A stretch of 64,000 nt of DNA from a virus. Where the stretch lies: positions 1 to 64,000 of the IMG/VR virus record IMGVR_UViG_3300045988_117314; one strand, given 5' to 3'. This document shows, piece after piece, positions 36,440 through 45,300 of the stretch. Each line of letters begins with the position of its first letter. Position 1 is the first letter of the stretch. The notes below the pieces were generated by a model. It saw only the letters and a list, made by a program, of their open reading frames with translations, had not been told where the DNA came from and ran no database searches. A program made the translations under genes and the position numbers.

Positions 36440-36495
36440 TTGATGTATCATGATGTATATATTTGCATCATGATATTTTTTTAGTGTTATATTTC
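36440..36495 (+). promoter_or_regulatory. candidate promoter with two ATCATGAT palindromes (36448-36455, 36466-36473), TTGCAT -35-like and TGtTATATT extended -10-like
   Basis: Read directly in the ~100-bp AT-rich gap. The palindromes overlap the -35 region, an operator-like arrangement. AACACTATA direct repeats lie just upstream at 36403-36431. Confidence 0.3.
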
Positions 36496-37251
36496 ATGAA
36501 AACAAATGTTACAATGGTATCGAAAGATCGGGAACTGTTTGGTGTTATAATTAAACAAGACACCAAAACATCATTTATGTCCTTAACAGACCTACAAGAG
36601 GCTTATACGAGAAAAAGGATAGAAATGGGATGGAATGAAAAGAGAATAGAGAACATTCTGTCCAATAAAGAAAGTGCTGAACGAATATACTATATCCTTG
36701 AAAAACAGGGATATACGATAGAAGCAGGATTTCCTGGTTTTATCCAATCTGTTGAAAAAGAATCACTTATAAAAGTGATGAAAAAGATGGGAGCTTATAA
36801 AACTATGGGAAGAGGAGAGAATAGGAGGACGATGTGCAATCCTTATATATGGGTTCTTGTAGCTATGGAGCTTAACCCTATGCTGTATGCTGAAGTAGTA
36901 ACATGGTTGACGGACAAACTTATTTTAAATAGGATAGAAGCAGGAGATAAATATAATGTCCTATCAAGGGCCATATCAAGATTTCCTGATGCTGATTATA
37001 CGAGAATGGCTAAAGGCCTCAATTGGATCGTTTTTAACGAACATGAGAGCATGATAAGAAACAGAGCAACTCAAGAGCAGTTAAAAGAACTTGAAATGCT
37101 TCAATCCAATCTTGCATTTTGTATAGAAATGGGAACCATATCTTCTTTTTCCGATTTAATAAACATGATGGGGGCTATATATAAGAAAAAGTGGGGATCG
37201 GGAGCAGTATCTTCTAAAAATATAAAATCTTCAAATAATGGAAACAAATGA
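36496..37251 (+). CDS. hypothetical protein; start uncertain (ATG 36496 or 36514)
   Basis: The ORF-track start at 36463 is TTG and lies inside the putative promoter. Weak similarity to antirepressor/KilA-N-type N-termini is not claimed. Confidence 0.45.
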   Translation: MKTNVTMVSKDRELFGVIIKQDTKTSFMSLTDLQEAYTRKRIEMGWNEKRIENILSNKESAERIYYILEKQGYTIEAGFPGFIQSVEKESLIKVMKKMGAYKTMGRGENRRTMCNPYIWVLVAMELNPMLYAEVVTWLTDKLILNRIEAGDKYNVLSRAISRFPDADYTRMAKGLNWIVFNEHESMIRNRATQEQLKELEMLQSNLAFCIEMGTISSFSDLINMMGAIYKKKWGSGAVSSKNIKSSNNGNK

Positions 37252-37525
37252 ATTAAGGGAAATACTTAAATTGTATGGTCTTCAACATGATGTTGTTATC
37301 AACAAAAGTTCAAGAAGGTATTCTATTATCTTAGACAATAACATAATAGGAACCAATCACGACAAAGAGAAGGTGGTTGTGTTCCGTCCTATACCGGAAG
37401 GGAAAAACACATTCTGCATGGAGCGAGATAGGTTCTACACGGAGTTTGAAGAAGCTTTTGATGATGATAAAGCCATAGAATCCGTAAGACAATATTTTGA
37501 AAACAACAAAAACAGAAAGTCATGA
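37238..37525 (+). CDS. hypothetical protein (95 aa)
   Basis: ATG 37238. Confidence 0.45.
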   Translation: METNELREILKLYGLQHDVVINKSSRRYSIILDNNIIGTNHDKEKVVVFRPIPEGKNTFCMERDRFYTEFEEAFDDDKAIESVRQYFENNKNRKS

Positions 37526-37863
37526 ACGAAAATGAAGTATTTAGATTAAAGGGCAGAATAGCCATATCCAACCTATCACGTGAGGACAAGGATATGATAA
37601 ATAGCATCCTTGATGGTATCAATAAAAAGGATGAAGATGAAAAAGGGTATGTCTATACCGTAAGAATAAGACAAAACGACGGAAGGGTTGTGTATGCTAC
37701 TTTATTTTTTAAAGACAAGAAAGGCCCTACATTTGAAGATTTAAAGAAGGAGCTTGATGACATGGGAGTTAAAAATGATAGTTATAGCAATAACGGCATA
37801 ATTATCATTAATCGCATTATCATGAGCGGAGAAGAATTTGATCGCTTTGCAAAAGAAAAATGA
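37522..37863 (+). CDS. hypothetical protein (113 aa)
   Basis: ATG 37522, ATGA-coupled. Confidence 0.45.
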   Translation: MNENEVFRLKGRIAISNLSREDKDMINSILDGINKKDEDEKGYVYTVRIRQNDGRVVYATLFFKDKKGPTFEDLKKELDDMGVKNDSYSNNGIIIINRIIMSGEEFDRFAKEK

Positions 37864-37907
37864 TGGACTATATTATTATATCAATTAATTAAAACAACGA
37901 TAAAATA

Positions 37908-38474
37908 ATGGAAAAGATGGACAATAATACTAAAAACATCCTTTATCCAAAAGGATCTATTTTTCGCACATTGAAAGATGATAAAATAGATAAAAGTACT
38001 ATAATATACAAAGGATCTATAGTAGTTGCAGTAACAAACATAAAAGAAAATGACAAGTTTGCTGAAGTTTGTTACAATGGAAACACAATTATTATAGAAA
38101 CAGATATTATGGAACTTGTTCTTACAAGAGATCCAGAAAAAAGTACTTCAATAAAATCAGTAAAAAATGACATCATTGATGATAAACTACGATGGGATTT
38201 ACTTCCAATGGAAGAGATTGAGGACATTGTAAAAGTCTATCATGCCGGCGCCAAAAAGTACGGTCCTAATACCTGGCAGAATCTTGACAACGGATTTGAA
38301 CGGTATCGAGCTGCAATGTTTCGACACCTGATGGAATACATGAAAGGAGAAAGAGTGGATTCCGATACAGGATGTTTTCATCTTGCACAATGTGCATGGA
38401 ACTGCATAGCTATGCTGTGGTATGACAAGCATGGAAAAGGGTTGATACCATTAAATAAGGAGGAAAAGAAATGA
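37908..38474 (+). CDS. protein with dATP/dGTP diphosphohydrolase (DUF5664)-like domain
   Basis: KLRWDLLPMEEIEDIVKVYHAGAKKYGPNTWQNL...FRHLMEYMKGERVDSDTGCFHLAQCAWNCIAMLWY matches the recalled DUF5664 pattern (RYDLIP..FGAxKYG..NW..RH...GE.D.ESG.HLA.AAWN.). Confidence 0.6.
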   Translation: MEKMDNNTKNILYPKGSIFRTLKDDKIDKSTIIYKGSIVVAVTNIKENDKFAEVCYNGNTIIIETDIMELVLTRDPEKSTSIKSVKNDIIDDKLRWDLLPMEEIEDIVKVYHAGAKKYGPNTWQNLDNGFERYRAAMFRHLMEYMKGERVDSDTGCFHLAQCAWNCIAMLWYDKHGKGLIPLNKEEKK

Positions 38475-38779
38475 CAATAGAACAACTAAATTATTTATTA
38501 AGAAAAGAGCTTTATGCTATAAAAAACCATAAAGACAATATTGATAGAATCAAAAAAGAATATTTTGATTCCAATTATGGGTTAAAAGAAGGAGATAAGA
38601 TCCGTATTTTACACGAAGCAGGAGATGAAATGATAGGCTTCTTGAAAAAAGTTGAAGTATGTGAAGACGGAGATCTGTACTTGACAATCCAAAAACAAAA
38701 CGAAAAAGGTGACAGAGGCAGAGGAAAATGGAATATGTATCTATCATCAAAATTAATTAAAATTGAAAAATGTGTATAA
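38471..38779 (+). CDS. hypothetical protein (102 aa)
   Basis: ATG 38471 with SD AAGGAGGAAAAG. Confidence 0.45.
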   Translation: MTIEQLNYLLRKELYAIKNHKDNIDRIKKEYFDSNYGLKEGDKIRILHEAGDEMIGFLKKVEVCEDGDLYLTIQKQNEKGDRGRGKWNMYLSSKLIKIEKCV

Positions 38780-38783
38780 TACC

Positions 38784-39956
38784 ATGAGAGTGTTAAGTTT
38801 ATTTGACGGAATGTCATGTGGTCAAATAGCGCTAAAAGAAATAGGGATCACACCTGAAGTATATTATGCATCAGAAATAGATAAGTTTGCTATTAAACAA
38901 ACGCAATTAAATTTCCCTAATACGATACAAGTAGGAGATGTAAGGGATTTGAATATAGAAGATCTTGGACACATAGATCTTATTTTAGCCGGCAGCCCAT
39001 GTACGGATATGTCCTTTTCTGGAAAAAGAAAAGGGTTGTCTACCGTAGAAGGAATAGAAATCAAATCACTTAATGAGTATCTTGAACTAAAAAAACAAGG
39101 ATTTGAGTTTGCCGGTCAGTCTTACTTATTCTGGGAGTTTATTCGTATTTTGAATGATGTAAGAAAAACTAATCCTGATGTATTATTTCTTCTTGAGAAC
39201 GTTAAGATGGGAAAGAAATGGGAGCCGGTATTTGATGATGCTATAGGGTGTAAAGGCAATCATATTAATTCAGCACTTGTTTCCGCTCAAACCAGGAAAC
39301 GTATTTATTGGACTAATATTCAAGGCGGCATTATCCCTCAACCTAAAGACGAAGGTTTGACTATAAGTGATATAGCGGAATATGAAGTAGATGAAAAATA
39401 TTACTTATCTGAAAAAGTTTTAAACAATTTAGCTTTTCACTTAAAAAGAAATCACGACAAGGGAAATTATTATGGAGCTAATATTAAAACAAAAGATGAA
39501 AAATCCAATACTGTTACCGTAAAGGGTAAATACACGTACGATCTTATTTGTGTAGCAATGAGAGGTAGGAATCCAGAAAAACCTACATGTAGAGAATCTG
39601 GTCTTAAAACAGTTCAGATGATTGAATTTAAAAACGATGGAAAATCCAATTGTCTCACAACAGTTCAGAAAGATAATCTTATTTTCCAAATACCAAGAGG
39701 ATTTAACAAAGGTGGATTTCATGAAGATAAGGCTCCAACATTATCTTGTAATTCATATGATAGAAACAATTTTATCATACAGAGAGCATTACATGGCGAT
39801 TTCAGAATAAGAAGATTAACCCCTACAGAGTGCTCCAGGTTACAGACTGTACCAAATTGGTATAAATGGGAATGCAGCGAAACCCAACAGTACAAGATGT
39901 TAGGAAACGGGTGGACTATTAAAGTTATTGAACATATACTTAAAAGAATAAAATAA
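38784..39956 (+). CDS. dcm: DNA (cytosine-5)-methyltransferase, Dcm family; orphan, no adjacent restriction enzyme
   Basis: Motif I LSLFDGMSCG. Motif IV GSPCTDMSFSG (PC). Motif VI LLENVKMG (ENV). RLTPTECSRLQTVP. GNGWT. ATG 38784; the ORF-track start is TTG 38763. Confidence 0.85.
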   Translation: MRVLSLFDGMSCGQIALKEIGITPEVYYASEIDKFAIKQTQLNFPNTIQVGDVRDLNIEDLGHIDLILAGSPCTDMSFSGKRKGLSTVEGIEIKSLNEYLELKKQGFEFAGQSYLFWEFIRILNDVRKTNPDVLFLLENVKMGKKWEPVFDDAIGCKGNHINSALVSAQTRKRIYWTNIQGGIIPQPKDEGLTISDIAEYEVDEKYYLSEKVLNNLAFHLKRNHDKGNYYGANIKTKDEKSNTVTVKGKYTYDLICVAMRGRNPEKPTCRESGLKTVQMIEFKNDGKSNCLTTVQKDNLIFQIPRGFNKGGFHEDKAPTLSCNSYDRNNFIIQRALHGDFRIRRLTPTECSRLQTVPNWYKWECSETQQYKMLGNGWTIKVIEHILKRIK

Positions 39957-39958
39957 TA

Positions 39959-40489
39959 ATGATTAGAGCAAGATTTTACATTAAAAAATCCGACTGCGAT
40001 AACGACTACCGTCCAGTCAAATGGCCTATAAAATATCCATATTGGTGTAGTGCAGAATCCAGTAATTCATTTGTATTGGTGGCGTATGCTGAAGATGAAG
40101 ACAGCATAAAAGAACTGTGGCCGGAGGCGTATGATATTAATGTCTTAGAGAAAGATACCGAAATTAGATTCACATTAAGATTTCCTAAGCCGGAATGGTA
40201 TGAATTGTACGAAAGGGAATTAGAAGAATGTGATAGATTTATATGGGTTACGGATGCGTGCCTGAGAGACGGTATAATAAGAAAAGTAAAAGCTAAAATA
40301 GAAGAGTACGGCGGTCTTTTGTTAGCCGACATTCCTGATAGGTTTACTCCTTATGAAATAGGAAGGGATGCTTTTGAGAGCAAAGAAGAAGCTTTAAAAC
40401 ATGCAGAGGAACAGAGAACGAATTTAATTAAGTCTCTTAGGTTACAAATACATGAACTTGAAAATCTAAAATTCGAATGCGATGATTAA
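39959..40489 (+). CDS. hypothetical protein (176 aa)
   Basis: ATG 39959. Confidence 0.5.
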   Translation: MIRARFYIKKSDCDNDYRPVKWPIKYPYWCSAESSNSFVLVAYAEDEDSIKELWPEAYDINVLEKDTEIRFTLRFPKPEWYELYERELEECDRFIWVTDACLRDGIIRKVKAKIEEYGGLLLADIPDRFTPYEIGRDAFESKEEALKHAEEQRTNLIKSLRLQIHELENLKFECDD

Positions 40490-41195
40490 CTATGCAGCAA
40501 AAGCCAGAAAAGCTTATTTGATAAACAATTTCGATAAGATTCTTAACAGCCTCAACACGCTTCATTCAACGGTTGAAACCATGACGTTGTTCGTAAATGA
40601 CCAGGCTTATAATTACATTCTTAAGCTAAAGGAAGTAATTAAAACCAGTCCTATGTATAAGCACAATATCAAGCGTCTTTTAAATGATATGGACAAAGAG
40701 ATAAAGAAGTACAATGCTTCTATCTACTACATAAATAAAGAGCGTAGTGAGGTTATAGCTGATATAACACAAGCGATGGAAGATTACCTCATGCCATACA
40801 TAGACGACCTGGCCGGCGCTATAAGGGCAGCCGTGTGGTCGAGGGGTGTATCCGAGGAGCGGACGGAGGTGGCGGTACTGTCCCTAATCGTATCCTCCTT
40901 GGCCACGACATCAGGCAGACTTATTTCAGGTGGATATCAGATTATGAAAGAAATGGGTGGAGGCTGGGGTGGTAATCCATTTACGTTTATGAGCATTGAT
41001 AAGATAAGACACTTATCTACATCATTATCTGATGCTATTACCGGTGGAGAAATAGCTCTTGAAGAAAAAGAAGCCAATGACATAACTAAGGCAATGGATG
41101 TTTTTATTGAGAAAATGTCTGATTCAGATATCGTCGATAAAGTAATCAGCATACTCGAAGAGGCTGAGTCTAAAAATAAGGAGGAGCGATCATGA
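40482..41195 (+). CDS. hypothetical protein (237 aa)
   Basis: ATG 40482. Confidence 0.5.
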   Translation: MINYAAKARKAYLINNFDKILNSLNTLHSTVETMTLFVNDQAYNYILKLKEVIKTSPMYKHNIKRLLNDMDKEIKKYNASIYYINKERSEVIADITQAMEDYLMPYIDDLAGAIRAAVWSRGVSEERTEVAVLSLIVSSLATTSGRLISGGYQIMKEMGGGWGGNPFTFMSIDKIRHLSTSLSDAITGGEIALEEKEANDITKAMDVFIEKMSDSDIVDKVISILEEAESKNKEERS

Positions 41196-41383
41196 ATTAT
41201 TTGGATGGATATGTAGAAGAAGTTCTTTCCGAGCCGTACTATGATGATTACGGCTCTGGTATTTTTAGGTGGTGGGTGAAAGTGTCTTACGTTTGTGAAG
41301 GAATAGGAGCTGTCACTACCTTAATGTTTGATACGAGAGAAGAAGCGGAAGCTGTAAAACCAGGTTACAAATTTTTATGCTGA
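41192..41383 (+). CDS. hypothetical protein (63 aa)
   Basis: ATG 41192 with SD AAGGAGGAG. Confidence 0.4.
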   Translation: MNYLDGYVEEVLSEPYYDDYGSGIFRWWVKVSYVCEGIGAVTTLMFDTREEAEAVKPGYKFLC

Positions 41384-41390
41384 AAATAAT

Positions 41391-41636
41391 ATGAAGTATT
41401 TTATTTTATTGATGACATTAGTATTATCATCATGTTCAAATAATCATCAGGTTAATGACGGATGGGTTATATATGATCTACGTCCTTTACAGGATGGACG
41501 TGTGATATATTATGGTGAAGACGAAAGAGTTTCAATATTTAAAAATAATAGAATTATAAAATTCGTTGGATACCAAGGAGAATACAATATTGGTGATTCT
41601 ATTAAAATCGTAAAAGTAAAGCAATATGAAAGATAA
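41391..41636 (+). CDS. putative lipoprotein (signal peptide plus lipobox-like LSSC)
   Basis: MKYFILLMTLVLSSCSNN. Confidence 0.5.
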   Translation: MKYFILLMTLVLSSCSNNHQVNDGWVIYDLRPLQDGRVIYYGEDERVSIFKNNRIIKFVGYQGEYNIGDSIKIVKVKQYER

Positions 41637-42114
41637 TTTAAAACTCGTATGTCCAAAATGTGGCACCCCTCACCAGCCTCATTCTCCGCACACGTTGGAT
41701 GCAGATGGATTTGAAAGGAGTGAGATAAGAACTGTCATGGAAGACATGGGATGGTGCTACGAATGCTCTTTTTGGCAAAACTTGTACGACAAGCACAAAG
41801 ACGATCCTGGATGGGTTAGGATAGACGGTGTAAGCTGGGTGCTTAAGCCTATGGTGAAAAACGTACCAAACGGATGGAACAGCCTTGGATGCGGTGGAAG
41901 AAAAATGTATATCAATATCGAAGGGAAAGGCATTGTTGTATCAAATAACTGCTGGTGCCAAGGTGATGTTTCGGATGCATTTAAGGATCTGATGCCTGAT
42001 AATGCCACTTGGGCCACGAAGGAGGAATTTGACAAAGCTCCTGTAGTAGGATACGTTATAGAAGGTGTTGGTTTGGTTTTCACAGATAGGGGAGGTCATG
42101 AAGTTAATGCTTAG
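41626..42114 (+). CDS. Cys-rich protein (162 aa)
   Basis: ATG 41626. CPKCG...CYEC...CWC. Last + strand gene before the strand switch. Confidence 0.5.
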   Translation: MKDNLKLVCPKCGTPHQPHSPHTLDADGFERSEIRTVMEDMGWCYECSFWQNLYDKHKDDPGWVRIDGVSWVLKPMVKNVPNGWNSLGCGGRKMYINIEGKGIVVSNNCWCQGDVSDAFKDLMPDNATWATKEEFDKAPVVGYVIEGVGLVFTDRGGHEVNA

Positions 42115-42156
42115 AAACTTAGGTAATTATATACCTTTTTTTCATAACAAAAGAAA

Positions 42157-42188
42157 CCGGTTCTCTATCATCTCTGACTGAGGACCGG
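42157..42188. terminator. hairpin between convergent genes (CCGGTTCTC / GAGGACCGG, 14-nt loop); candidate bidirectional terminator
   Basis: Inverted repeat with one mismatch, flanked by TTTTTTT (42136-42143) and an A/T-rich tract. Located between the stop of 41626..42114 (+) and the stop of 42326..48739 (-). Confidence 0.45.
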
Positions 42189-42325
42189 TAAGAAAACAAT
42201 TTCAGAAAAAATTAAACCTACATAATCTTTCAAGTAAGAACAAAAAACGTACAATCTACTCTTTGACGATGCTAATATAGCATATTGGAATCATACAAAA
42301 ACAATGCAAGTCCGATATTCTTCGT

Positions 42326-45300
42326 CTATTTGTAACTAACATCATCGTCTCCTTCCGAATCAGGAGTGGCGCCAATGAAGAACATCATTGACTTGTTGTT
42401 CGTCTGCTGCCACCAATTATAGGCGCGCGCTACGTCTTCCGGCGTCTTGATATTATACCATTGTTTGATAAACGTCTGTTTGGCGAGTTGCCTAAATAAC
42501 TTAGACTCTCCTTTGTATGTACCGGACGTCACCTTATCAAGTGAGTAGTTCCTAAGATCGGTAAGATCCTTAAGTTTCCGTCCCATAACAAACGGGTCGT
42601 TAATGATATCTACCACATTAAGCTCCATAATAAACGGCATCTGTGAAGCTATTTCATTTATGGTTCTGAATCCGACGTAGGATCCGAATTGAGTAAGCCA
42701 ACTTTCCTCGTTTTCATCATCATCACGCCATCCGGCAAGAAGCATAGATACGGCCTGCATGATAAGGAACGTGCCGGCATAGACACTGAGGCGTTTGAGA
42801 TTGGTTTTTTCTACCTCATTCATATTGTCTTTATTTTCGTTCCAGGCATCTATGATGTTTTTCATACCAGACTCGGAAGCTAAGCTAAATGTTTTGGCTA
42901 TCATATTCTTTAACGTAATTGACAGTCCCTCCTCTTCTTGCATTGTCTGGAAATTGAAGCCACGACTCTTCCATAGACGCTGAGCAGCCAGCACCAACCA
43001 TCCTCGGTGGGCGGTCATGAACCTCGCTATCCAGTTGCGTGATGCGGCAGTCCGATTTTCTTCATTCAAAGATCCGTTACATATTTGCGACAAGCTACGG
43101 ACTTGATTTCGAGTTATAGCCATCTGGGTTTCAACTTCCTCAACAGTAACACCTGATCCGGGCTTTACAACCACCTTCCCATCCACGACATCTACCATAC
43201 TCCATAAAGTACGATCTTTTAATGCATTCCATTCTCTTTTTATGGTACTCTGTTCTTTATTGCGTTCTTTTTCCATCTTGAAATCTTGGAACGTGTAGAA
43301 CCGGCCTTTGTAATAACGAACATTGTCCATAGTAGCAATCATAACCTGCGGATCAAGAGGGTAGTTCAGGATTTCCATAAAAGCATACATAGGCGAACGC
43401 ATTAAGGTCCTGGCCACTCTATTATATCCGGCACCATACATACGATTTCGGATATTGAATATCCCCATTCTCTCACCTATGACATATAATTTGCTTTTCC
43501 TATCTATGTCTCCGGTTTCTGCTATACAAGATGGCGCAAGACGTGAAAACTCAGCCGATGCGTATTTAAGGGAATTTTTACTTATATACTGTCCTACGGC
43601 AGATTCCATGATGAGGTTAATATGACCTGTTAAGGCGCCGGTAGCTGCCACAAACGGGGACAGCGCCAGGTTCATGACCGACATAAATCTTTCAACGGCC
43701 ATCATTATCCTGGTAAGGTCTACTGTGTATCCACCGATGTTTACCGTCAGTTTTTTGGTGTTCATCCTAATGCCATAATAATGATCGTTGAAGAAGTCCC
43801 TGAACATCTGATATGCTTGGGTTGCTTCAGCCTTCTTACCGCCTTCAAATTGTTTATTCAGTAACATCTGCTCCAGTCCTTGGGCAAGCTCTATAGACTT
43901 CTGCTTTTCGTTGTATAACGATGACTGCATCATAAGCATCGAATAAGAATAGCCAAAATCGTGAGATACATCATCTTGGTTCTCCAATTCATATATGTAG
44001 TATTTAGGTATAGACCTAAGCCTGTCTTCCGGATCATACACTTCTCCTTGCCTGGTTTTGCCATATAGAGAATCGTCTACTCTGTCCAGGCACAGATCTG
44101 ATACAAAATTACGAACCGTATTTTTGAAGTTAATACCCAATCCTTCTACACGTTCTATATCTTGTTTGGATATCTGTGGAATAGCATACAGGTTCGGGCT
44201 CTGCTCTTTATATAGATCAAGGGATTGTCTTTTTATTTCCTTGAGTTTTTGAATCATATTCCACTGCTCTACGTTTTTAGTAGCGACCTCATTACCATCA
44301 GCATCATACTTAATGCCGAAGTCATTGAAATATGATTCATCACGATACAGGCTCTTCTTGGGCATACGATGACCATACCCGTGGTCTTTTACATAATCAG
44401 GGTTACGACCGCTATTTTCGGCCTCGGATTCAGCCACCCACGCTCTTGCAGGGTCAAAAGACAGGTATGATATATCCATACTATAATCTTGTGTGGATGT
44501 CCCATTCTGTACGTCCTTAACCATCTGCGCTACATCTATCTCACCTCGACCGATTTTGTCGATCATAGCCGCATATCCAGTAGGCGCCATGCGTTTATAG
44601 TACGAAAAGACCTGGCTCCTGGCAAATTCATTAACGATATCGTTCACTTCAGCTACTCCGTTATCGTGTCCAAATATGTCAGACATCTTAGCTCTAACCG
44701 CATTCCTAAAATCTCTACGATCTAGCTTTTTATCTATTCCCAATTTTTCTGACAAGTAGTTGGTTTCAGAGACGGTAAACATATATCTGTTATCTTGAGC
44801 CATGAATAACTTATCTCTAAGAGCCTGAATCCTTTTGGCTTTTTTGGCAGTAGTATGACGCTGTGCAAACTGCCATTCAATTTCCTTAGAGTCAGCAAGA
44901 GCATTTAAATAAGACTGATTTACTTCGTTTTCAGCCTTACTGCTTTTAGTAAGGTATTTATCAATATCTTCAAGACCCACCATCTTAGCATAATCTATCA
45001 AAATAGCGTAATCGGCTTCAATAGCTTCAGATGCGGCCCTAAAAGCATCTCTTTCAGATGAGGTAAATGTCGCTTCATTAATTTCTCCGATATCAGCCAC
45101 ATCTCGGTTGTTGCCGATTATTTCCTTGATAATGGCCTTATTTTTTTCTATATCTTTTACAATCGAATCCACGTCAGTTGCATCTCTATCACTTGTCGTA
45201 GAACTAATGATATCATGCGCCATTTTAAGATATGAAGCCTTGTTATTTGATTCGGTACGCGCCGACTGTTCTGATTCTACATCATTCCAAAACCGATCGT

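Noticed and set aside
36496-37251. KilA-N/antirepressor assignment for the 36496..37251 product.
   Set aside because: Similarity is too weak to state from reading alone.
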